Below, one piece after another: positions 17,699-30,014 of a stretch of 64,000 nucleotides of DNA. Below the pieces are notes generated by a model. It worked only from the letters and a program-made list of their open reading frames with translations. It did not search any database and was not told the DNA's origin. Each line of letters starts with the position of its first letter. Position 1 is the stretch's first letter. This stretch comes from the human T2T-CHM13v2.0 reference genome, Homo sapiens: assembly GCF_009914755.1 (NCBI RefSeq), contig NC_060947.1; one strand, given 5' to 3'. A program made the translations under genes and the position numbers.

Positions 17699-20600
17699 AC
17701 AATGAGAACACATCGACACAGGAAGGGGATCATCACACTCTGGGGACAGTTGTGGGGTGGGGGGAGGGGGGTGGGATAGCATTGGGAGATATACTTAATG
17801 CTAGATGACAAGTTAGTGGGTGCAGGGCACCAGCATGGCACATGTTTACATATGTAACTAACCTACATATTGTGCACATGTACCCTAAAACTTAAAGTAT
17901 AATAATAATAAATTTAAAAAAAAGAATGAAAATTAAAAAAAAAATAACCAGTGATGATGAGCATTTTTCAGGTCTGCTGGCTGCATAAATGTCTTCTCTT
18001 TGAAGAGTCTGTTGATATCCTTTGCCCATTTTTTGATGGGGTTGTTTGTTTGTTTGTTTTTTCTTTTAAATTTGTTTAAGTTCTTTGTAGATTCTTGATC
18101 TTAGCCTATTGTCAGATGGATAGATTGCAAAAATTTTCTCCCATTCTGTAGGTTGGCTGTTCACGTATTGCCCAGGTTTTCTTCTAGGATTTTTATGGTC
18201 CTAGGTCTTACGTTTAAGTATTTGATCCATCTTGAGTTGAAAAGGTGTAAGGAAGGGGTCCTGTTTCAGTTTTCTGCCTATGGCTAGCCAGTTTTCCCAA
18301 CACCATTTATTAAATAGGGAATCTTTTCCCCAGTGCTTGTGTGTGTCAGTTTTGTCAAAGATCAGATGGTTGTAGCTGTGTGGTGTTATTTTTGAGACCT
18401 CCATTCTGTTCCATTGATCTGAATATCTGTTTTTGTACCAGTACCATGCTGTTTTGGTTAATATAGCCTTGTAGTATAGTTTGAAGTCAGGTAGCGTGAT
18501 ACCTCCAGCTTTGTTCTTGTTGCCCAGAATTGTCTTGGCTATGCAGGCTCTTTTTTGGTTCCATATGAAGTTTAAAGTAGTTTTTTCCAATTCTGTGAAG
18601 AAAGTCAGTGGTAGCTTGATGAGGATAGCATTGAATCTGTAAATTACTATGCGCAGGAAGGCCATTTTCATGATATTAATTTTTACTATCCATGAGCATG
18701 GAATATTTTTCCATTTGTTTGTGTCTTCTCTTATTTCCTTGAGCAGTGGTTTGTAGTTCTCCTAGAATAGGTCCTTCACATACCTTGTAAATTTTATTTT
18801 TAGGTATTTTATTATCTCAGTAGCAATTATGAATGGCAGTTCTTTCATGATTTGGCTCTCTGTCTGTCTATTACTGGTGGATAGGAATGCTTGTGATTTT
18901 TGCACATTGATTTTGTATCCTGAGACTTTGCTGAAGTTGCTTATCAGCTTAAGGAGATTTTGGGTGGAGACGATGGGGTGTTCTAAATATACAATCATGT
19001 CATCTGTTAACAGGGACAATTTGACATCCTCTCTTCCTATTTGAATACCCTTTATTCATTTCTCTTGCCTGATTGCCCTGTCCAAAACTTCCAATAGTAT
19101 GTTGAATAGGAGTGGTGAGAGAGGGCATCGTTGTCTTGTGCAAGTTTTCAAAGGGAATGCCTCCAGTTTTTGCCCATTCAGTATGATATTGGCTGTGGGT
19201 TTGTCATAAATAGCTCTCATCATTTTGAGATATTTTCTGTTGATACCTAGTTTATTGAGAGTTTTTAACATGAAGGGATGTTGAATTTTATTGAAGGCCT
19301 TTTCTGCATCTATTGAGATAGTCATGTGGTTTTTGTCATTGGTTCTGTTTATTTGATGGATTACGTTTATTGATTTGCATATGTTGAACCAGCCTTGCAT
19401 CCCAGGGATAAAGCCAACTTGATCGTGGTGGATAAGCTTTTTGATGTGCTCTTGGATTCGTTTTGCCAGTATTTCATTGAGGATTTTCACATCGATAATC
19501 ATCAGGGATATTGGCCTGAAATTTTCTTTTTTTCTTGTGTCTCTGGCAGGTTTTGATATCAGGATGATGGTGGCCTCATAAAATGTGTTAGGGAGGAGTC
19601 CCTCTTTTTCTATTTTTTAGAATAGTTTCAGAAGGAATGGTACCAGCTCCTCTTTGTACCTCTGGAGGAATTCAGCTGTGGATCAGTCTGGACCTGGACT
19701 TTTTTCAGTTGTTAGGCTATTCATTGCTGCCTCAATTTCAGAACCTGTTATTGGCCTATTCCGGGATTCAACTTCTTCCTGGCTTAGACTTGGGAGGGTG
19801 TAAGTGTCCAAGAATTTATCCATTTCTTTTAGATTTTCTAGTTTATTTGCATAGAGGTGTTTATAGTATTCTCTGATTGTAGTTTGTATTTCTGTGGGAC
19901 CGGTGGTGATATCCCCTATATCAGATTTTATTGCGTCTATTTGATACTTCTCTCTTTTCTTCTTTATTATTCTGGCTAGCAGTCTATTTTGTTTATTTTT
20001 CCAAAAAACCAGCTCCTGGATTCATTGATTTTTTTGAAGGGTTTTCCATAACTCTTTCTCCTTTAGTTGTACTCTGTTCTTAGTTATTTCATGTCTTCTG
20101 CTAGCTTTTGAATGTGTTTGCTGTTGCTTCTCTAGTTCTTTTAATTTTGATGTTAGGGTGCCAATTTTAGATCTTTCTTGCTTTCTCTTGTGGGCATTTA
20201 GTGCTATAAATTTCCCTCTACACATTGCTTTATATGTTTCCTGGAGATTCTGGTACATTGTGTCTTCATTCTCATTGGTTTCAAAGAACATCTTCATTTC
20301 TGCTTTCATTTTGTTATTTACCCAGTAGTCATGAAGGAGCAGGATGTTCAGTTTCCATGTAGTTTGCGGTGTTCAGTGAGTTTCTAAATCTTGAGTTCTA
20401 ATTTGATTGCACCGTGGTCTGAGAGACTGTTATGATTTTCGTTCTTTTACATTTTCTGAGGAGTGTTTTACTTCCAATTATGTAGTCAATATTAGAATAA
20501 GTGCAATGAGGTGTTGAGAAGAATGTATATTCTGTTGATTTGGGGTGGAGAATTCTGTAGAGTTCTATTAGGTCTGCTGGGTCCAGAGCTGAGTTCAGGT

Positions 20601-21350
20601 CCTGGATATCCTTGTTAATTTTCTCTCTCGTTGACCTGTTTAATATTGACAGTGGTGTGTTAAAGTCTCCCATTATTATTGTGTGGGTGTCTAAGTCTCC
20701 TTATAGGTCTCTAAGAACTTGCTTTATGCATCTGGGTGCTCTTGTATTGGGTGCACATACATTTAGGAAAGTTAACTCTTCTTGCTGCATTGTTCCCTTT
20801 ACCATTATGTAATGCCCTTTGGCTTCTTTGATCTTTGTTGATTTAAAGACTGTTTTATCAGAGACTAGGATTGCAACTGCTGCTTTTTTTTTGCTTTCCA
20901 TTTTCTTGGTAAATATTCCTCCATCCCTTTATTTTGAGCCTATGTGTGTCTTTGCACGTAAGATGAGTCTCCTGAATATAGCACAGTGATGGGTCTTGAC
21001 TCTACCCAATTTGCCAGTCTGTGGCATTTAGTTGGGGCATTTAGCCCCTGTACATTTAAGGTTAATATTGTTCTGTGTGAATTTGATCCTGTAATTAAGA
21101 TGCTAGCTGGTTGTTTTGCCCGTTAATTAACGCAGTTTCTTCATAGTGTCGATGTTGTTTACAATTGGCATGTTTTTGCAGTGGCTGGTACCAGTTGTTC
21201 CTTTCCATATTTAGTGCCTCTTTCATGAGCTCTTGTAAGGCAGGTCTGGTGGTGGCAAAATCCCTCAACATTTGCTTGTCTGTAAAGGATTTTACTTCTC
21301 CTTTGCTTGTGAAGCCTAGTTTGGCTGTATATGAAATTCTGGGTTGAAAA

Positions 21351-22314
21351 TTTTTTTTAAATGTTAAAATTTGTTTTATTGTGGTAACAACAATAAATCA
21401 TAGAACAACATTGATCATTTTAACCGTTCTTAGATAGGTAGTTCTGTGGAATGAAGTATATATCGTGTTGTTGTGCTCCCGTCACCGTCATCCATCTCCA
21501 GAACTTTTTCATCATCTCCAACTGAGACTCTGCAGCCATTAAGCAGTAACTCCCCATTGCTTCTCTCTTCAGCCCCTGGAAACCACCACTCTACTCTCTG
21601 TCTCTCTGGATTGGATTGCTCCAGGTACCTCGTATAATTGGACTAATGCAATATTCGTCCTTTTGTATCTGGCTTATTTCACTTAGTGTAATGTCTCCAA
21701 GTTTCATCTGTGTTGTAGCATGTGTTAGAATCTTCTTCCTTTTTTTATTTTTTATTTTTTATTATACTTTAACTTCTAGGGTACATGTGCACAAAGTGCA
21801 GGTTTGTTACATATGTATACGTGTGTCATGCTGGTGTGCTGCACCCATTAACTCATCATTTACATTAGGTATATCTCCTAATGCTATCCCTCCCCCCTCC
21901 CCCAAACCCACAACAGGCCCTGGTGTGTGATGTTCCCCTTCCTGTGTCCAAGTGTTCTCATTGTTCAATTCCCACCTATGAATGAGAATATGCAGTGTTT
22001 GGTTTTTTGTCCTTGTGATAGTTTGCTGTTAATGATGGTTTCCAGCTTCATCCATGTCCCTACAAAGGACATGAACTCATCCTTTTTTATGGCTGAATAG
22101 TATTCCATGTTGTATATGTGCCACATTTTCTTAATCCAGTCTATCATTGATGGACATTTGGGTTGGTTCCAAGTCTTTGCTATTGTGAATAGTGCCGCAA
22201 TAAACATATGTGTGCATGTGTCTTTATAGCAGCATGATTTATTATCCTTTGGGCATATACCCAGTAATGAGATGGCTGGGTCAAATGGTATTTCTAGCTC
22301 TAGATCCTTGAGGA
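21351..22314 (-). mobile_element. 5'-truncated L1PA5-type element (21745-22314) plus ~390-bp 3' transduction of L1MB-type sequence (21359-21744)
   Basis: Two poly(T) tracts. AATAAA on the minus strand at 21375-21380. Approximate TSD TGAAA(A/T)TTTTTT at 21345 and 22315. Host ORF1 is continuous across the insert. Confidence 0.85.
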
Positions 22315-24372
22315 TGAAATTTTTTTCTTTAAGAATTATAAATATTCGCCCCCACTCTTTCCTGGCTTGTAGGGTTTCTGCAGAGAGATCCCCAGTTAGT
22401 ATGACGGGCTTCGATTTCTGGGTAACCCAAACTTTCTCTCTGGCTGCCCTTAACATTTTTTTCATTTCAACATTGCTGAATCTGATGATTATGTGTCTTG
22501 GGGTTGCTCTTCTTGAGGAATATCTTTGTGGTGTTCTGTGTATTTCCTGAATTTGAATGTTGGCCTGTCTTGCTACGTTGGGGAAGTTCTCCTGGATAAT
22601 ATCCTGAAGAGTGTTTTCCAACTTGGTTCCATTCTCCCCGTCACTTTCAGGTACACCAGTGAAACGTAGATTTGTTCTTTTCACATAGTCCCATATTTCT
22701 TGGAGGCTTTGTTCATTCCTTTTTGCTCCTTTTTCTCTAATCTTGTCTTCTTTCTTTATTTCATTATGTTGATCTTCAATCACTGATATCCTTTCTTCTG
22801 CTTTATCGATTTGGCTATTGATACTTGTGTATTCTTCACAAAGTTTTCGTGCTGTGTTTCACAGTTCCATCAGGTCATTTATGTTCTTCTCTATATTGGT
22901 TATTTTAGTTAGCAATTTGCCTAACATTTTTTCAAGGTTCTTAGCTTCCTTGCATTGGGTTAGAACCTGCTCCTTTAGCTTGGAGTTTTTTGTTATTGCA
23001 CACCTTCTGAAGCCTACTTCTGTCAGTTCATCAAAGTCATTCTCCATCCAGTTTTGCTCCCTTGCTGGCGAGGAGTTGTGAGCCTTTAGAGGAGGAGAGG
23101 CTTTCTGGTTTTTGGAATTTTCAGCCTTTTTGCGCTTGTTTTTCCCCGTATTTGTGGATTTATCTATCTTTGGTCTTTGATGTTGGTGACCTTCGGATGG
23201 GGTCTTTGAGTTGATATACTAATCCTTTCTGCTTCTTTCTTTTCCTTCTAACAGTCAGGCCCCTCTGCTGCCAGTCTGTTGGAGTTTGCTGGACATTCAC
23301 TCCCGACCCTGTTTGCCTGGGTATCACCAGCAGAGACTGCAGAGCAGCAAAAATTGCTGCCTGTTCTTTCCTCTGGAAGCTTTGACCCAGCAGGGAACCT
23401 GCCAGATGGCAGCCAGAGCTCTCCTGTATGAGGTGTCTGTCACCCCCAACTGGGAGGTGTCTTCCAGTCAATATACATGGGGGTCAGGGACCCACTTGAG
23501 GAGGTAGACTGACCCTTAGCAGGGCTCGAATGCTGTCCTGGGCAGTCCACTGTTCTCTTCAGAGCCATCTGGCAGGGACCTTTAAGTTTGCTATAAGCTC
23601 CTGACTGGGGCTGCTGTCTTTTTTTACAGAGATGCCCTTTCCAGAGAGAAGCAATCTGGTCGTCTGGCCACAGAAGCCTTGTTGAGCTGCAGTGGGCTCC
23701 ACACAGTTCAAACTTCCCAGCAGCTTTGTTTACACTGTGGCCATAAAACCACCTACTGTAGCCTCAACAATGGCGGACGCACCTCCCCCCACCAAGCTGG
23801 ACCTTCCCAGATGGATCTGAGATTGCTGCTGTGCTGGTAATGAGAATTTCAAGCCAGTAAATCTTAGATTCCTGGGCTCTATGGGGGTGGAACCCGCCAA
23901 GCCAGACCACTTGGCTCCCTGGCTTCAAACCCCCTTTCCAGCATTCCAGGCACGACTGAATATGGAAAAAAAAGAAGAACCTCCTGCAGCTAGTTGGGTG
24001 TCTGCCCAATTGGCCGCACAGTTTTGTGCTTGAAACCCAGGGCTCCAGTGGGGTAGTCACCAGAGAGAATCTCCTGGTTTGCAGGTTGTGAAGACCATGG
24101 GACTAGCGCAGTATCTGTCCTGGAGTTCCTCAGGCTCAGACCCTCATGGCTTCCCTTGGGTAGGGGGGGAAATTCCTTGACCCCTTGCACTTCCCAGTTG
24201 AGGCAACACCCCACCCTGCTTCAGCTCAGCCTCCGTGGGCTGCACCCACTGTCCAACCAGTCCCAATGAGATGAACCATGTACCTCAGTTGGAAATGCAG
24301 AAATCACCCGCCTTCTGTGTTGATGTCACTGGGAGCTGCAGACTGGTGCTGTTCCTATTCTGCCATGTTGCC

Positions 24373-27300
24373 TGTAGTTCTTTTAATTGTGATGTTAGGG
24401 TGCTGATTTTAGATCTTTCTTGCTTTCTCTTGTGGGTGTTTAGTGCTATAAATTTCTCTTTAAACACTGCTTTAAATGTGTCCCAGAGATTCTGGTATGT
24501 TTTGTCTTTGTTCTCATTGGTTTCAAAGAACATCTTCATCTCTGTCTTAATTTCTTTATTTACCCAGTAGTCATTCAGGAGCCTGTTGTTCAGTTTTCAT
24601 GTAGTTGTGCAGTTTTGAGTGAGTTTCTTAATCCTGAGTTCTAATTTGATTGCACTGTGGTCTGAGAGACTGATGTGATTTCCATTTTTGCATTTGCTGA
24701 GGAGTGTTTTACTTCCAATTATGTGGCCAATTTTAGAATAAGTGCAATGTGGTGCTGAGAAGAATACATATTCTGTCGATTGAAGTGGAGAGTTCTGTAG
24801 ATGTCTATTATCCACTTGATCCAGAGCTGAGTTCAAGTCCTGAATATCCTTGTTAATTTTCTGTCTTGTTGATCTGTCTAATATTGACAGTGGAGTGTTA
24901 ACATCTCCCACTATTATTGTGTGGGGGTCTAAGTCTCTTTGTAGGTCTCTAAGAACTTGCTTTATGAATCTAGGTGCTCCTGTGTTGGGTGTATATATAT
25001 TTAGGATAGTTAGCTCTTCTTGTTGAACTGATCCCTTTACCATTATGTAATGCATTTATTTGTCACTTTTTATCTTTGTTGGTTTGAAGTCTGTTTTATC
25101 AGAGACTAGGATTGCAATCTTTGCTTTTTTTTTTTTTTTTTGCTTTCCATTTGCTTGGTAAATATTCCTCCATTTCTTTATTTTGAGCCTCTATGTGTCT
25201 TTGCACTTGAAATGGTTCTTCTGAATACAGCACATCGATGGGCCTTCACTCTATCCAATTTGCCATTCTGTGTCTTTTAATTGGGGTACTTAGCCCATTT
25301 ACAATTAAGGTTAATATTGTTATGTGTGAATTTGATCCTGTCATTATGATAGTAGCTGGTTATTTTGCCCATTAGTTGATGCAGTTTCTTCATAGCATTG
25401 ATGGTCTTTACAATTTGTTATATTTTTGCAGTGGCTGGTACAAGTTGTTCCTTTCCATGCTTAGTGCTTCCTTCCGGGGCTCTTGTAATGCAGGCCTGGT
25501 GGTGACAAAATCTCTCAGCATTTACTTGTCTGTAAAGGATTTTATTTCTCCTTCACTTATGAAGCTTAGTTTGGCTGGATATAAACCTCTGAGTTGAAAA
25601 TTCTTTCCTTTAAGAATGTTGAATATTGGCCCCCACCCTCTTCTGGCTTGTAGGGTTTCTGCTGAGAGATCTGCTGTTAGTCTGATGGTCTCCCCTTTGT
25701 GGGTAACCTGCCCTTTCTCTGGCTGTCCTTAACATTTTTTTCTTCATTTCAACCTTGGTGAATCTGATGTTGATATGTCTTAGGGATGCTCTTCTCAAGG
25801 AGTATCTTTGTGGTGTTCTGTGTATTTCCTGAATTTGAATGTTGGCTTGTCTTGCTAGGTTGGGAAATCTCTCCTTGATAACATCTTGAAGGTTATTTTC
25901 AAACTTGGTTCATTCTCCCTGTCACTTTCAGGTACACCAATGAAATGTAGATTTTGTCTTTTCACATAGTCCCATATTTCTTAGAGGCTTTGTTCATTTC
26001 TTTTCATTCTTTTTTCTCTAATCTTATCTTCATGCTTTATTTTATTAAGATGATCTTCAATCTCTGATATTCTTTCTACTACTTGATTGATTTGGCTATT
26101 GATACCTGTGTATGTTTCAGAAATTATCATGCTGTGTTTTTCAGCTCCATCAGGTCATTTATATTCTACTCTAAAGTGATTATTCTAGTTAGCAATTTGT
26201 CTAACCTTTTTTTTAAGGTTTTTAGATTCCTTGTATTAGTTTACAACATGCCCCTTTAGCTCGGAGAAGTCTGTTATTACCCACTTTCTGCAGCCTACTT
26301 CTGTCAATTCGTCAAACTCATTAACTGTCCAGTTTTGTTCCCTTGCTGGTGAGCAGTTGCTCTTTTTTGGAGAAGAGGTGTTCTGGTTTTTCGAATTTTC
26401 CACCTTTTTGTGCTGGTTTATCCCCATCTTCATGGATTGATCTACCTTTGGTCTTTGATGCTGGTGACCTTCGGATGGGGTCTCTGGGTGGACATCCTTT
26501 TTGTTGATGTTGATACTATTCCTTTCTGTTTGTTAGTGTTTTTTTTCTAACAGTCAGGCCCCTCTGCTGCAGGTCTGCTGGAGTTTTCTGGAGGTCCACT
26601 CCAGACCCTGTTTTCCTGGGTATCTCCTGCAGAGGCTGCAGTATAGCAAAGATTGCTTCCTGTTCATTCCTCTGGCAGCTTTGTCTCAGAGGGGAACCTG
26701 CCAGATGCCAGCCAGAGCTCTCCTGTATGAGGTGTCTGTCGACCCCTACTTGGAGGTGTCTTCCAGTCAGGATACACGGGGTTCAGAGACCCACTTGACG
26801 AGGCAGTCTGACCTTTTTCAGAGCTCAAACACTGTGCTGGCAGATCCGCTGCTCTTTTTGGAACCATCAGGCAGGGAGCTTTAAGCCTGCGGAAGCTGAG
26901 ACTACCGCTGCCCCTTCCCCCAGGTGCTCTGTCCCAGGGAGTTGGGGGTTTTATCTATAAGTCTCTGACTGGGGCTGCTGCCTTTTTTTTTTTCAGAGAG
27001 GCCCTGCCCAGAGAGAAGGAATCTAGAGAGGCAGTCTGGCTGCAGGGGCCTTGCTGAGCTGGGGTTGGTGTCACCCAGTTTGAACTTCCCAGTAGCTTTG
27101 TATACACTGTGAGGGTAAAACCACCTACTCAATCCTTAGCAATGGTGGATGTCCCTTCTCCCACCAAGTTAACTTTCCCAGGTCGACCTTAGACTGCTGT
27201 GCTTGCAGTGGGAATTTCAAGCCAGTGGATCTTAGCTTGCTGGGCTCCATGGACGTGAGACCCACTGAGCTACACTACTTGGCTCTCTGGGTTCAGCCTT

Positions 27301-27775
27301 CTTTCCAGGGGTGTGAACGGTTCTGTCTCGCTGGTGTTGCGGGTGCTACTGGGGTATGAAAAAAAACTCCCACAGCTAGCTTGGTGTCTGCCCAAATGGC
27401 CACCCAGTTTTGTGCTTTAAACCCAGGACCCTCGTGGTATAGGCACCAGAGGGAATCTCCTGTTCTGTGGGTTGTGAAGACAGTGGGAAAAGCACACTAT
27501 CTGGTCCGGAGTGCACCATTCCTCATGGCACAGCCCCTCACGGCTTCCCTTGGCAAGGGGCAGAAATTGCCTGACCCCTTGTGCTTCCTGGGTGAGGTGA
27601 CGCCCCACCCTGCTTTGGCTCGCCCTCCATGGGCTGCACCCAATGTCCAACCACTCCCAAAGAGAATAACCACGTACCTCAGTTGGAAATACAGAAATCA
27701 CCCATCTTCTTTGTCGATCTTGCTTGGAGCTGCGGAATGGAGCTCTTTCTATTTGGCCATCTTGTCAGCCCACCC
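24373..27775 (-). mobile_element. Second L1PA7/8-type 5' half (5'UTR, ORF1, ORF2 to about the LKEL motif)
   Basis: 5' end 'ggccatcttgtcagcccaccc' at ~27756-27775. ORF1 start 26236-26433 and EN fragments 24285-25055. TTGTTTAGTCTTT at 27776-27788 repeats 11119-11131. Confidence 0.88.
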
Positions 27776-28549
27776 TTGTTTAGTCTTTGTACTTAAGATA
27801 AGGGTAGTTTACACACCACAGTTACAGTATTATAATATCTTGTGTTTTTCTGTGTACCTACTATTACCTGTAAGTTTTGTACCTTCAGGTGATATCTTAT
27901 TGCTCATTACTGTCATTTTTTTTTGACTGAAGTACTCCCTTCAGCATTTTTATGTATGACAGTTCTGATGTGGATAAAATTCTTCAACTTTTTTTTTTGC
28001 CTAGAAAATTCTTTATTTCCTTTTTATGTTTTAAGGGTAATTCCACCATATATACTATTTTAAGGTGAAAGTTCTTGTCTTTTAGCCTTTAAATATGTCA
28101 TGTCACTCTCCCCTGGGCTTTAAGATTTCCACTGAAAAGTCTGCTGCCATACATACTGGAGCTCCACTGTATATTATTTGTTTATATCTTCTTGCTGCTT
28201 TTAAAATGATTTATACTTGACCTTTGGGAGTTTGATTATTAAATATTTTGAGGCAGTCTTCTTTGTTTTACATCTGGTTGCTGTTCTGTCACCTCTTGTA
28301 CTTGGATATTGATATCTTTCTCTAAGTTCGAGAAGTTGTTTCTTATTATCTCTTTGAATACCCTTTCCACCCTTATCTCTTTCTCTACCTCTCCTTTAAG
28401 CCAATTACTCTAAAATTTGCCCTTTTGAGGCTATTCTCTGGATCCTGGACACATGCTCTATTATTTTTTATTTTGTCTCCTGAATGTGTATATCGAAATA
28501 GCCTGTCTTAAAGCTCACCAATTTCTTCTTCTGCTTGAATAATTTTTCT

Positions 28550-29387
28550 TTTTTATTTTATTTTATTTTTTAAAATTATACTTTAAGTTTTAGGGTACAT
28601 GCGCACAATGTGCAGGTTAGTTACATTAGGTATATCTCTACCTAATGCTAAATGACGAGTTAATGGGTGCAGCACACCAGCATGGCACATGTATACATAT
28701 GTAACTAACCTGCACATTGTGCACATGTACCCTAAAACTTAAAGTATAATAATAATAAAATAAAAATAAAAATAAAAACAAAAATAATAAAAAGAAAAAT
28801 TTCCAGGCAAATTCTCAAGTTCAGATCGTAATGTGCCTTTTATCCTATTAGGGGCCATTTCTTTCCTGAGCATTGTAAGGACAATATCTGAGATGTGCTT
28901 GATTAATCCATAGGGATTTAAGGCCTTTTGAAAAAGACACTCAAAGACCTAAGCAAGTATACCTTCTGATTTTTATAAATATTTTATTCTTTACTTATTT
29001 GCCTGAGCAAAATTGCATATCTTACTATCAACTCCAACTACATGTAACAAGTAGGGAAGAAAAATGAGGTTTAGTTAAAATTGAAAATTCATTTCTTTTA
29101 TCTGTAATACTGACTTCTGTGAGGATTTTTAACAATGAGGTCAATAAAAGTATTTAAAGCCAAAAAAAAATTAGGTATATCTCCTAATGCTATCCCTCCC
29201 TCCTCCCCCCACTCCACAACAGGCCCCGGTGTGTGATGTTCCCTTCCTGTGTCCATGTGTTCTCATTGTTCAATTCCCACCTATAAGTGAGAATGTGCAA
29301 TGTTTGGTTTTTTGTCCTTGTGATAGTTTGCTGAGAATGATAGTTTCCAGCTTCATCCATGTCCCTACAAAGGACATGAACTCATCA
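28550..29387 (-). mobile_element. Short 5'-truncated L1PA4/5-type element, interrupted at 28639-29169
   Basis: L1PA 3'UTR pieces at 28575-28638 and 29170-29386. TSD AATTTTTCT at 28541-28549 and 29388-29396. Confidence 0.85.
28639..29169 (+). mobile_element. ~110-bp L1PA3/4 3' end with A-rich tail, ~365-bp non-L1 3' transduction and second poly(A)
   Basis: 14-bp TSD ATTAGGTATATCTC at 28625-28638 and 29170-29183. AATAAA at 29143-29148 lies 13 nt before the terminal A-run. Confidence 0.9.
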
Positions 29388-29954
29388 AATTTTTCTATGA
29401 ATAGATTCTGTTGTGCTTTTAAGTATGCCAATTGCATTCTTCAGCTCCAGAATTTCTGCTTGCTTTTTAAAATTTATTTCAATCTTTTTATTAATCTTAT
29501 AAAATTCTGAATTTCTTTTCTATGTTATCTTGAATTTCTTTGAGTTTCTTCAACACAGCTAATTTAAATGATCTCTCTGAAAGTTCACATATTTCTGTTT
29601 CTCCAGCATTGGTCCCTGGTACCTTATTTAGTTCATGTGGTGAAGTCATGATTTCATGGACCATCTTGATACTTGTAGATTTTTGAGCCTGGGCGTTCAA
29701 CAATTTGGTATTTATTTTAGTCTTTGCTGTCTGGGCTCATTTGTACTCTTTCTTCTTTGAAATGTTTTTCAAATATTCAAAATTACTTGGGTGTTGTGAT
29801 ATAAACTTTAGGGGAACCCAAAGTTTAGTAATGCTCTAGTTCTTGTCAACTCATAGAGGTACTGCTTTGTTGGTCTTGGACAAGATTTAGAAGATTTCTC
29901 TTGATTAATAGGCAGAGACTCTTGTTCTCTTATTTTACTTTCTCCCAAACAGAC

Positions 29955-29957
<3 letters not shown>

Positions 29958-30007
<50 letters not shown>

Positions 30008-30014
30008 GTCTCTC
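29958..30014. repeat. (CT)n microsatellite
   Basis: About 22 perfect CT units followed by CTGT variants. Confidence 0.97.

Noticed and set aside
21965-22783. 272-aa ORF fusing L1 ORF1 to the ORF2 C-terminus
   Set aside because: Chance in-frame junction between host ORF1 and a nested truncated L1, with no proper start context.
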